From assembly GCA_003331565.1 (NCBI GenBank), contig QOPE01000002.1:1-39274 (forward strand): a stretch of 39,274 nucleotides of DNA. The letters run 5' to 3'. Shown here piece after piece: positions 19,369 to 28,254 of the stretch. The translations under genes and the position numbers were made by a program. Each line of letters starts with the position of its first letter. Positions within the stretch are counted from its first letter, which is position 1. Source of the stretch: SAR86 cluster bacterium (GTDB lineage Bacteria > Pseudomonadota > Gammaproteobacteria > Magnimaribacterales > D2472). Below the pieces are notes generated by a model that saw nothing but the letters and a program-made list of their open reading frames with translations, ran no database searches and was not told the origin of the DNA.

Positions 19369-19665
19369 ATGTATGAATTTCCTCTCTCTAAAAGAATTGA
19401 GAATCAAATCAAAGCTTATTTTACCAACCTAGAAAAAATTGATCTTACACTTACAATTGATGAGAACATAAAAATCTTTGTAATTGATGAAAATAATGTT
19501 GATCCGCCATCAATTGAAATAAAGCAAGTAAAAGAAAATTATGAGCTTCACTTTTGGGACGGTTATTCGCAATCAGAAGTTATCGAAAATCTAAAAGAAA
19601 AAGAAATCACTAAATCACTTAGAAGATTTCTTAAAAAAATAAATAAGTACCTTGATGTCTCTTGA
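19369..19665 (+). CDS. Hypothetical 98-aa acidic protein (no recognisable family)
   Basis: The ATG lies 4 nt after the peptidase stop, and the 3' end overlaps the next gene by 11 nt. This operonic position is the only support. Confidence 0.5.
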   Translation: MYEFPLSKRIENQIKAYFTNLEKIDLTLTIDENIKIFVIDENNVDPPSIEIKQVKENYELHFWDGYSQSEVIENLKEKEITKSLRRFLKKINKYLDVS

Positions 19666-20377
19666 GATCTACTTAATTCTTGGAGCTATTTCATTTTTTA
19701 CTTCAATGATTACTGCGATTTTTAGTGTGGGTGGGGGCATGATTATGCTTGCATCCCTAGGGCAATTTGTGGGTGCATCAGCATTGATACCCTTGCATGC
19801 CTCTGTTCAGCTTCTTAACAACATTTCTAGAGTATATGTCTATAAGGAGCATATTAACTTTGAGATTTTAAAAACTATTTTATGGGCTTCATTTATTGGA
19901 TCATTAATCGCGATTTTTATTTTTCAAAACCTTGATGAATATATTCTTACCTTGATCATTGGTTGTTCAATTCTTTTTCTAACCTGGGTGCCAATAAATA
20001 AATTTATTAAGCATGGCCTAGCAAATGATTTAATTTGTGGTTTGCTTGCAGGAGTCGCAGGTATTTTTATAGGTGCAAATGGACCAATAGTCACAGCCTT
20101 TATGAGACTAAAAAGTTTATCACCAGAGTCGTTGGTGGCCAATCATGGGCTGGTAATGGTATTTCAGCATTCAATAAAAATTATATTATTTATAAGTGTT
20201 ATCGGTTTCTCGTTATTAAGCTATATTCCTCTGATCGTTTTTCTTGGCTTGATGGGTTATCTCGGCACGAAAGCTGGAAAAAGGTTAATTAATAAAATTG
20301 ACTTTAAACTTTTTCAAACTGTCTTAAAGTTTTTGCTTTCCGTATTGGCAATCTTATTAATATTAAGAACAGAATAA
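19655..20377 (+). CDS. TauE/SafE (TSUP, DUF81) family anion permease
   Basis: About 240 aa and polytopic. The N-terminal block FFTSMITAIFSVGGGMIMLASL is typical of TSUP proteins. ATG at 19655 is preferred to the TTG at 19652. Confidence 0.8.
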   Translation: MSLEIYLILGAISFFTSMITAIFSVGGGMIMLASLGQFVGASALIPLHASVQLLNNISRVYVYKEHINFEILKTILWASFIGSLIAIFIFQNLDEYILTLIIGCSILFLTWVPINKFIKHGLANDLICGLLAGVAGIFIGANGPIVTAFMRLKSLSPESLVANHGLVMVFQHSIKIILFISVIGFSLLSYIPLIVFLGLMGYLGTKAGKRLINKIDFKLFQTVLKFLLSVLAILLILRTE

Positions 20378-20394
20378 ATTCTTAATATTTTTAT
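20359..20394. terminator. AT-rich hairpin plus T-run between convergent genes (possible bidirectional terminator)
   Basis: AATATTAAGAA (20359-69) and TTCTTAATATT (20379-89) form a perfect 11-bp stem with a 9-nt loop, followed by TTTTA. The stem is almost all A:T, so its stability is doubtful. Confidence 0.35.
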
Positions 20395-20404
20395 GGATGT
20401 ATTT

Positions 20405-20896
20405 TTAAAGATCTAAGATTTTTTTGTTATGTTGAGGATGTACTTTAATAAACTTTTCTAGGGAATTAAAAAGCAGAAGATATAAGCTCGTACTTAATAG
20501 TAGCCTAAAATCAAAAGGTATTGCCGCAATATAAATTTCAATTAAAGAGCCGCCACCAGATATCCATACGGCGCCATTAACAACAAAAAACCATAAAAGA
20601 ACATTGCTTATACAGCTATAAACAAGATTATTTATCTGTCTACTTACTATTGGGGTAATGAGAAAAATAAAGATAATGCAAAATAAAATTAATAAGTTTA
20701 CTGGGGGCAAAAATATACTCGTAAGAAACATTACTCCAGCAGGCAAAAATGATTGAATACTTTTTCGGCTTGTTAAGCGAGGCATAAAAATTGCGACTGC
20801 TAACATTGGTGAAAAATTAGTGGGCAAGCCTATCAGTCGACTGACAATCAATAGACCAACAAGCAGCATTAAACTCTTATTCATGAATAGATTCAT
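20405..20896 (-). CDS. Small polytopic membrane protein, unassigned (DUF6580-like / solitary S-component-like); candidate vitamin B12 permease
   Basis: GAGGTG RBS 7 nt upstream of the ATG at 20896. 163 aa with 5-6 hydrophobic helices. The N-terminal block SRLIGLPTNFSPMLAVAIF resembles what I remember of DUF6580 putative transport proteins. It is the last gene of the metH-btuB-cobO unit. Confidence 0.6.
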   Translation of the reverse strand: MNLFMNKSLMLLVGLLIVSRLIGLPTNFSPMLAVAIFMPRLTSRKSIQSFLPAGVMFLTSIFLPPVNLLILFCIIFIFLITPIVSRQINNLVYSCISNVLLWFFVVNGAVWISGGGSLIEIYIAAIPFDFRLLLSTSLYLLLFNSLEKFIKVHPQHNKKILDL

Positions 20897-20931
20897 TAAA
20901 TCACACCTCTAGTATTAATTCTGTAGTAGGT

Positions 20932-21537
20932 TTAATAATCGACACCTTTTCTTGCCATAATTTGAGAATTAAATGCATGCTTAATATCTCTAACTTCTGA
21001 AACGGTATCAGCCCAATTCTTTAACTTTTTACCTCCCCCTCTTCCAGTTATAACTACTGACTGATTTTGTGGTCTATTGTTTAGTGCTTGAATGACTTCA
21101 GACTCATCTAAATATTTAAAACTTAACATGTAAGTCAATTCGTCAAGTACCACAAGATGTAAACTTTTATCTGCAAGAGCTTTTTTTGCTAGCTTCCAAG
21201 AAGAAATAGCTGCAGCTTTATCCTTGTCTCTATCTTGAGTGTCCCATGTATATCCGGTCTTCATTTGATGAAAGAGGACCTCAGGGAAATTGTCTTGAAT
21301 AAATTTTTCTTCACCCGATGACTGTTCACCTTTTAAGAACTGAATAACGGCAACTTTATAGCCATACCCAAGTGCACGCATTACCATTCCAAAAGCTGAA
21401 CTTGATTTTCCCTTGCCATTGCCAGTAAGCAAAATACCAACACCCTTATCAATAGTGGCTGCCGATATCGAAGCATCAACATTTTTCTTGAGCTTTTCCA
21501 TTTTAGCTTTATGAGTAGTGTGACCTTTGTTTTTCAA
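20932..21537 (-). CDS. cobO: Cob(I)alamin (corrinoid) adenosyltransferase, CobO/BtuR type
   Basis: 201 aa with P-loop GNGKGKSSSAFG and VVLDELTY, and full-length similarity to CobA/BtuR. Confidence 0.9.
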   Translation of the reverse strand: MKNKGHTTHKAKMEKLKKNVDASISAATIDKGVGILLTGNGKGKSSSAFGMVMRALGYGYKVAVIQFLKGEQSSGEEKFIQDNFPEVLFHQMKTGYTWDTQDRDKDKAAAISSWKLAKKALADKSLHLVVLDELTYMLSFKYLDESEVIQALNNRPQNQSVVITGRGGGKKLKNWADTVSEVRDIKHAFNSQIMARKGVDY

Positions 21538-21547
21538 CTGCCCCTTC

Positions 21548-23455
21548 CTAAAATTGATACCTTATTCCAAGATGTGCTGAAAAGCCTAAAGCTCTATACC
21601 CATAAACTTCTTCATATGACTCATCAAGTAAATTATTAAGTTGGAAGTTGATGATAAATTTATTATTCAATTTATATTTTGCGTTTATATTCAGTAGTGT
21701 AACTTCAGGTAAGGTGACTCTATTAGGAAAGACTATATCAATTTGTGAACTTCTGTGCCTAATATTGGCGGTCAGAAACAATCTATTGGATGAATTCCAA
21801 TTTATATTAAGGCTTGAAATATGCTTTGGTCTTCTAAGCTCATTAACGTAAATTCCACTGGAGTTTGGCTCAATGGAATCAGTATAAGTATAGGATCCAT
21901 TAATTCTAAATCTCTCAGAAAGTTTTCTTGAAAAATTCAACTCGACTCCTTCTCTATGACTCTTACCCTCCAAGTTAATAGCTGTAAATCCAAAAGTAAC
22001 TGGATCTAAGAAATTTCCATTAATCTCATCAACCAATCTGGATTTAAATAATGTAGCTGAAAACAAACTATTGTAATTTTGCAAATCAAAATCAAATCCA
22101 AGCTCTAAATTTTTTGAATACTCCGGCTGTAAATCTGGATTACCAATAAAATTTGTGAAGTAGCCAAAACGCTCAGTGAAAGTTGGATTCTTTATAGCCG
22201 TACCATAGCTACCTTTTAATTTTAATGATTTAGATAAGGGTAAAATCAATTCTGCCCTTGCAGTAGTTCCATTTTTAAATTGAGAATTCTTATCGTAACG
22301 CGAGCTGACTGCAAAAATAGACTCCTGATTAAGTCTGGTTCTGTATTCAATTGATGCGCTGTCAGTTTTTCTTATACGTTGTTGATTAGGATCAAAGATG
22401 CCATAAATCCCATAATCATTGATCGGACCCTGTTGCTTAAAATCCTCATTCTCATGCTCAAGTAATAATGAAATACGTTGATTGGAGTTATCCCAAAAAA
22501 GCGTGCTGATAGATCTAATCTGATTTTTTGATGACTTTACTTTTGTATAAAAAATATCATTAGTATAGTCACAGCTCTGATTGTTTGATTCTGAAATTAA
22601 GATCTGCTGACTTAGATTACCCTCTGAATCAAGATAATTATATTTAAAACCAAAGTGATGATTTTTAAATTTAGCATATTTATCTTGATCATCCACCAAA
22701 CCGTCAAAATCTACATCAGCATCATATTCATTATTACCCGAACTGTAGCTTCCGATAAGTGAAAGCTTAGAGGTATCACTAATTTTCAAATTTGATTTAA
22801 AGTTTAGAGAATCATTTTCATATCCATCTTTTTCATTGCCAGACCTTGAAATATTTGCACCGTCTGTCTTAAATTTTGTAGCTCCAAAACGGAAATCTAA
22901 ATTGCTATTTGACACCCCATTACTAAATCCATACTTTTGAGAATTAAAGCTACCAAGCTCTGAGAAAACATTTGTACTTCTGGAAGTTGTTGCACGTTTT
23001 GTGATGATATTAACAACTCCAGCCATGGCATCGCTTCCAAACATTGAACTTTGTGGTCCGCGAACAACTTCAATCCTTTCAATGTCAGTTGTGATGATGT
23101 TGCCCCAATTAAATTCATCGTTCTGGGAGGCATTATTAACTTCAACTCCATCAATGAGAACAAGAAGATGATTTGCTTCACTCCCTCTTACTCTAACCTG
23201 AATTTGTGATCCTAGAACACCACTCTGACTTACAGATATTCCTGGAACATCTCTAAGCAAATCTGCAAGGTTTAAATGTGGGGTGTTCTCAATGTCTTTG
23301 GAGGATACAACATTTATTGAATTTGCAGAGTCATTAATACTGATTGGAAACAAGGATGCAGCTACAATCGTTTCATCAATTTCTGCTTCCATGTTTAATG
23401 AAAACGATAAAATCAAAATATAAATAAGGCTATAAGATAAGCTCCTAATATACAT
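21548..23455 (-). CDS. btuB: TonB-dependent outer-membrane receptor, BtuB-like (cobalamin)
   Basis: Signal peptide, TonB box DETIVAAS, plug domain (RGPQSSMFGSDAMAGVVNIITK) and a terminal ..GIRYQF. The roughly 610-aa mature size and the neighbours (metH, cobO) point to B12 as the substrate. Confidence 0.8.
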   Translation of the reverse strand: MYIRSLSYSLIYILILSFSLNMEAEIDETIVAASLFPISINDSANSINVVSSKDIENTPHLNLADLLRDVPGISVSQSGVLGSQIQVRVRGSEANHLLVLIDGVEVNNASQNDEFNWGNIITTDIERIEVVRGPQSSMFGSDAMAGVVNIITKRATTSRSTNVFSELGSFNSQKYGFSNGVSNSNLDFRFGATKFKTDGANISRSGNEKDGYENDSLNFKSNLKISDTSKLSLIGSYSSGNNEYDADVDFDGLVDDQDKYAKFKNHHFGFKYNYLDSEGNLSQQILISESNNQSCDYTNDIFYTKVKSSKNQIRSISTLFWDNSNQRISLLLEHENEDFKQQGPINDYGIYGIFDPNQQRIRKTDSASIEYRTRLNQESIFAVSSRYDKNSQFKNGTTARAELILPLSKSLKLKGSYGTAIKNPTFTERFGYFTNFIGNPDLQPEYSKNLELGFDFDLQNYNSLFSATLFKSRLVDEINGNFLDPVTFGFTAINLEGKSHREGVELNFSRKLSERFRINGSYTYTDSIEPNSSGIYVNELRRPKHISSLNINWNSSNRLFLTANIRHRSSQIDIVFPNRVTLPEVTLLNINAKYKLNNKFIINFQLNNLLDESYEEVYGYRALGFSAHLGIRYQF

Positions 23456-23477
23456 AAAAATAACTTTTAAATTTTGT

Positions 23478-26400
23478 TTAATATCCTAAAACAGGTGAAA
23501 GCCAAACCTCATTTTCATCAATGCTTTCCCCTCTTGCCTTTGAGTAGGTCTCAATCTGATCTTTGTCAATCCTGCCTAGTTGAAAATAGCGAGATTGGGG
23601 ATGAGAAAAATATAATCCGCTGACGCTTGCAGTTGGCCACATTGCTAGAGAGTCTGTAAGAGATATATTAATTTTTTTCTCAATATCTAATAAATCCCAA
23701 ATATCATTTTTAAGACGATGATCAGGACATGATGGGTATCCAGGCGCAGGACGTATGCCTTGATATTCCTCTTTTATAAAAGCCTCATTATCGAGCGACT
23801 CCTTAGCTGCATACCCCCAAAATTCAGTCCTGACTTTATGATGGGCATATTCAGCAAAGGCCTCAGCAAAGCGATCAGCCAAAGCTTTTAAAATGATTGA
23901 ATTATAGTCATCAAGATCTCTCTCAAAATCTTCAATATATTTATCAATGCCATGCCCGGCTGTCACAGCAAAAGCGCCTATAAAGTCGTCATTTGTATCA
24001 ACAAAATCTGCCAAAGAGAACGAATCAAGATCATCTCTAGATTTTTGTTGTCTCAGACAATGCAAAATAGCTTCTTCATTCGAACCATCAGTTTTTGTAA
24101 CTCCAATTGCATCCCCTAAAGATCTTGCGGGAAATAGTCCAATAATTCCTTTAGGACTGAGCCATTTTTCTTTAATTAGTCTTTCAAGAATTACTTGAGT
24201 ATCCTTCCATAACTTTCTGGCTTCTGGGCCCTTTGAAGGATCGCTTAACAAATCAGGAAATCTTCCGCTAAACTCCCATGCATTAAAATAAGGCATCCAA
24301 TCTATGTAATCTTGTAGCTCTTCGAGTGATGGATTTAATTCAGATATACCAAGCTTAAGAGGTGCTTCAGCTTTTAAAGACATATCTATTTTTGGTCTTC
24401 TTGACTGTGCATCTTCAAAAGGTCTAAGAGGAGATGCTTTTCTTGATGCGAAAGCTTCTCTTTTGTTAGCATGGGCTTTATCCAATTCTTGTTTATATTT
24501 ATCTGGTTGGTTCATCAATTTTTGTGCGACCCCTACAGATCTTGAAGCATCTTTAACGTAGACAACTGAGCCGCTGTATTCAGGATCTATTTTTACTGAA
24601 GTATGTACAGGGCTTGTGGTAGCTCCACCTATAAGAAGTGGAATCTTTAGATTTCTCCTTTCCATCTCCTTTGCAACCCCAACCATTTCATCTAACGAGG
24701 GTGTGATCAAACCTGATAAACCAATAAGATCGCAATTTTCAGCCTCAGCAACATCTAAGATTTTTTCTGTAGGCACCATGACCCCCAGATCAATGACTTC
24801 AAAGTTATTGCATTGCAAAACTACACTAACGATATTTTTACCTATATCATGAACATCACCTTTAACTGTAGCTATAACCATTTTTCCACTTGATTCCATG
24901 GCTTGACCGCCTTTCTCTGCTTCGATGTAAGGCACCAAATAGGCTACAGCTTTTTTCATAACCCTTGCAGATTTAATTACTTGTGGAAGGAACATCTTGC
25001 CAGCACCAAAAAGATCACCAACTTTATTCATGCCATCCATCAATGGTCCCTCAATGACATCTAAGGGTCTTTCTGAAAGCAGTCTTGCCTCTTCGACATC
25101 ATCAATGACAAAAGTATCAACACCCGATACAAGTGAATGATTTAGTCTTTCATTTACATCAAGCTTACGCCAATCTTGATAAGTATCACTTTGCTGAGAT
25201 CCTTTTTTACCTGCATATTTAGGTGCCAGATTAAGTAAATTTTCAGTTGCATCAGGATTTCTGTTCAAAATTACATCTTCAACTGCATCTCTGAGCTCTT
25301 CGGGCAACTCATCATATATAGCAAGCTGGCCAGCATTTACAATTCCCATATTTAAGCCATTTTTAATTGAATGGAATAAAAATACTGAGTGCATTGCCTC
25401 TCTCAGTGTATCGTTTCCTCTAAAGCTAAAAGAGACATTAGAAATTCCACCTGAGATTGAAGAGCATGGGCAACAACTTTTAATTTCTTTACATGCATCT
25501 ATGAATGATTTTCCATATTCATTATGCTCAGTAATGCCAGTAGCAACTGCAAAAACATTTGGATCAAAAATAATATCATGGGGATCTAAACCAACTTCCT
25601 TGGTTAAGAGATCGTAGGCACGTTTTGAGATTTCTACTTTTCTCTTGAGAGTATCTGCTTGACCCTCTTCATCAAAAGCCATTACCACAACAGCAGCACC
25701 GTATCTTTTAATAAGTCTTGCTTGCTCAAGAAAAGGTTGCTCGCCCTCTTTAAGAGAAATTGAATTAACAATTGGTTTTCCTTGAATGCATTTAAGACCT
25801 GCTTCAATGATTGACCATTTGCTTGAATCAACCATGAAAGGAATTTTGGCTATATCTGGCTCCCCAGCTAGCAAGTTTAAAAATTTAACCATAGCGCCCT
25901 CGGAGTCGAGCATCCCCTCATCCATGTTGATGTCAATTACCTGAGCACCGTTTTCAACTTGTTGCCTTGCAATTTGAATTGCTTCATCAAATTTTTCAGC
26001 CTCGATCAGTTTTCTAAATTTTGCTGAGCCAGTTACATTTGTCCTTTCCCCAACGTTAATAAATAAGCCATTTGGGTCAATATCGACCGGCTCAAGGCCG
26101 GAAAGCAACATTGCTTTCGCAGGATCTGATGGTTTTCGAGGTGGTTTATCAGAAATGATGTCCCTAATCATGGAAATGTGCTCTGGAGTAGTGCCGCAAC
26201 ACCCACCTACAATATTTAAAAAACCGTCGCTAGCAAATTCATCTAAAATAGAAGCCATTTCAGATGCTGTTTGATCGTATTCACCAAATTGATTCGGCAT
26301 GCCAGCATTTGGATGAGCGCTAACGTAGCAGTCTGCAATGTCAGATAATCTTTTTAGAAACGGTCGAAGTTCTTCAGCACCTAACGCACAATTCAATCCA

Positions 26401-27140
26401 ATGGAAATTGGTTTTGCATGTTTAACTGAATGCCAAAACGCTTTTGTTGTCTGTCCTGAAAGAGTTCTGCCAGAAGCATCGGTTATGGTGCCTGAAATCA
26501 TCAATGGAATGTCAATTTGCCTTTCAGAAGATACTTTATCAACTGCAAATATTGCAGCCTTTGCATTTAGAGTGTCAAAAATAGTTTCTATGAAAATAAA
26601 ATCTGCACCGCCATCCAATAAAGCTTCGGTAGATTCAGCAAATGTATCAACCAATTGATCATAATTTATATTTCTGTAAGAAGGATCCTCAACGTCTGGA
26701 CTGAGTGAGCAAGTTCTGTTTGTTGGACCCAAAACACCAGCAACAAAGATTTCTCTGTTTTCTGATTTTCCTAATCTATCAGCAGAGTCTCTTGCTAGCT
26801 TAGCTCCGGCAAAATTCAGCTCATACACCAAACTCTCCATTCCATAGTCAGCCATTGAAGGGGCATTTGAATTAAAGGTATTTGTTTCAATGATGGTTGC
26901 ACCCACCTTAATAAATTCATGATGGATATTTTGAATGATATCTGGTTTTGTAATATTCAAAAGGTCGTTATTACCTTTTAAATCGTGCTTCCAGTCCTTA
27001 AATCTTTCGCCCCTGAAATCTGGCTCATTTAAATCATATGACTGAATCATGGTCCCCATTGGGCCATCAAGAAGAACTATTTCTGAATCAAGTAATTTCG
27101 TAAGCTTTTTTCTAGCTGATGATTCTTGTAAATTATTCAT
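23478..27140 (-). CDS. metH: Cobalamin-dependent methionine synthase
   Basis: 1220 aa with Hcy, pterin, B12 and AdoMet domains in order. The B12-binding DxHxxG motif is in GDVHDIGKN. Confidence 0.97.
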   Translation of the reverse strand: MNNLQESSARKKLTKLLDSEIVLLDGPMGTMIQSYDLNEPDFRGERFKDWKHDLKGNNDLLNITKPDIIQNIHHEFIKVGATIIETNTFNSNAPSMADYGMESLVYELNFAGAKLARDSADRLGKSENREIFVAGVLGPTNRTCSLSPDVEDPSYRNINYDQLVDTFAESTEALLDGGADFIFIETIFDTLNAKAAIFAVDKVSSERQIDIPLMISGTITDASGRTLSGQTTKAFWHSVKHAKPISIGLNCALGAEELRPFLKRLSDIADCYVSAHPNAGMPNQFGEYDQTASEMASILDEFASDGFLNIVGGCCGTTPEHISMIRDIISDKPPRKPSDPAKAMLLSGLEPVDIDPNGLFINVGERTNVTGSAKFRKLIEAEKFDEAIQIARQQVENGAQVIDINMDEGMLDSEGAMVKFLNLLAGEPDIAKIPFMVDSSKWSIIEAGLKCIQGKPIVNSISLKEGEQPFLEQARLIKRYGAAVVVMAFDEEGQADTLKRKVEISKRAYDLLTKEVGLDPHDIIFDPNVFAVATGITEHNEYGKSFIDACKEIKSCCPCSSISGGISNVSFSFRGNDTLREAMHSVFLFHSIKNGLNMGIVNAGQLAIYDELPEELRDAVEDVILNRNPDATENLLNLAPKYAGKKGSQQSDTYQDWRKLDVNERLNHSLVSGVDTFVIDDVEEARLLSERPLDVIEGPLMDGMNKVGDLFGAGKMFLPQVIKSARVMKKAVAYLVPYIEAEKGGQAMESSGKMVIATVKGDVHDIGKNIVSVVLQCNNFEVIDLGVMVPTEKILDVAEAENCDLIGLSGLITPSLDEMVGVAKEMERRNLKIPLLIGGATTSPVHTSVKIDPEYSGSVVYVKDASRSVGVAQKLMNQPDKYKQELDKAHANKREAFASRKASPLRPFEDAQSRRPKIDMSLKAEAPLKLGISELNPSLEELQDYIDWMPYFNAWEFSGRFPDLLSDPSKGPEARKLWKDTQVILERLIKEKWLSPKGIIGLFPARSLGDAIGVTKTDGSNEEAILHCLRQQKSRDDLDSFSLADFVDTNDDFIGAFAVTAGHGIDKYIEDFERDLDDYNSIILKALADRFAEAFAEYAHHKVRTEFWGYAAKESLDNEAFIKEEYQGIRPAPGYPSCPDHRLKNDIWDLLDIEKKINISLTDSLAMWPTASVSGLYFSHPQSRYFQLGRIDKDQIETYSKARGESIDENEVWLSPVLGY

Positions 27141-27173
27141 TAATCAAAGCAATATGTTTAAATTTATATATTG

Positions 27174-27237
27174 TGATTAATCCTATGGAATTCCGTTTTA
27201 GCCAGTTATTTTTAATCGCTGCAATAGGATCAAATCA
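27174..27237. repeat. Imperfect 13/14-nt inverted repeat with a 37-nt spacer in the metH leader / divergent promoter region
   Basis: TGATTAATCCTAT (27174-86) pairs with ATAGGATCAAATCA (27224-37). On the metH-sense RNA this gives about 13 pairs (7 perfect, one G:U, one bulge), ending 33 nt upstream of the metH ATG. Confidence 0.6.
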
Positions 27238-27331
27238 CGATAGATACTATTTTATAGTTAATTTATTTAATTTCAAATTTTTAAATATATATTAGAGTTG
27301 ATTATGATAACCTGAGACAAAAAAGAAAAAA

Positions 27332-27739
27332 ATGAATCAGCTAGAACTTATAACACCAATGCTTACTTTGATTATTTGGACTTTTCTAATCTTCCTGATG
27401 ATGGCTTTTGGTCGAATTAGGTTTATGAGTAATCCTCAAGATGCAGCTCATTCAAAAGACTATAAAGATCAGCTCCCTGCTTGGGTAAACAGAACTGCAG
27501 ATAACTATAATCATCTCTTTGAGCAGCCGGTAGCATTTTATGTGGTTACTTTGTCTATAGCTTTAATTAATAACTTCGATAATTTAATAGTGCAATTAGC
27601 ATGGGCTTATGTGCTGATAAGAATTGTTCATTCGCTTGTTCAGATAACAATTAACATAGTTTTAGTAAGATTCTTTCTTTTTGCATCTGGATGGTTAGTT
27701 ATTGCTTACATGACATTTACTCAAATATTTTTAAACTAA
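27332..27739 (+). CDS. MAPEG-family membrane protein (glutathione-transferase-like)
   Basis: 135 aa with 3-4 TM helices. The block NHLFEQPVAFYVV and the C-terminal helix pattern resemble bacterial MAPEG proteins. Confidence 0.7.
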   Translation: MNQLELITPMLTLIIWTFLIFLMMAFGRIRFMSNPQDAAHSKDYKDQLPAWVNRTADNYNHLFEQPVAFYVVTLSIALINNFDNLIVQLAWAYVLIRIVHSLVQITINIVLVRFFLFASGWLVIAYMTFTQIFLN

Positions 27740-27740
27740 T

Positions 27741-28211
27741 ATGGCAAAATTTTATAATCTAATATTCATTATTTTTTCAATTTCTTTAAGTTCCTTGGAA
27801 CAAGAGCACTCATCTTCTCAAAACAAATTTTCACTCCTTGTCCATAAAACACCTACATGTGGATGTTGTAAGAAATGGGTAAAACATCTTGAGGCTAATA
27901 GTTTTTCTACGATCATAAAAGACCATCAAAATCTTCAAAAAGTTAAAGAACAATACTCCATTAAACCAAAATACCAATCATGTCATACAGCTGTCTCTCA
28001 AGAGGGATATGTTTTTGAAGGCCATATTCCAAGTAAATTTATTAAACAGTTCATAACAAATCCTGAAGTAGATGCTGTAGGTCTCTCTGTTCCCGGCATG
28101 CCGCTTGGGTCACCAGGAATGGAGGTTGAAGGCAGGTTTATGCCCTATGATGTTCTTGTTCTCATTAAAGATGGCTCAAGTAAAGTCTATGCCGAGGTCA
28201 GAGAAGGATAG
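27741..28211 (+). CDS. DUF411 (CopG-like) periplasmic metal-binding protein
   Basis: Signal peptide. CGCC motif (TCGCCKKWVKHLE), SCHTA, EGHIP and SVPGMPLGSPGME are hallmark DUF411 blocks. Confidence 0.8.
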   Translation: MAKFYNLIFIIFSISLSSLEQEHSSSQNKFSLLVHKTPTCGCCKKWVKHLEANSFSTIIKDHQNLQKVKEQYSIKPKYQSCHTAVSQEGYVFEGHIPSKFIKQFITNPEVDAVGLSVPGMPLGSPGMEVEGRFMPYDVLVLIKDGSSKVYAEVREG

Positions 28212-28254
28212 TCTGATTTTCTTTCAATTGTGATTTCAGTTTAGACTAATTCCT

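Noticed and set aside
27141-27331. Cobalamin riboswitch upstream of metH-btuB
   Set aside because: On the gene-sense strand I could not find GGGAA, GCCACUG or a B12 box. GTGATTTGATCC loosely resembles GGUGnnAAUCC, but the rest of the core is missing. GCCAGTT is on the wrong strand. I report the region only as an inverted repeat.
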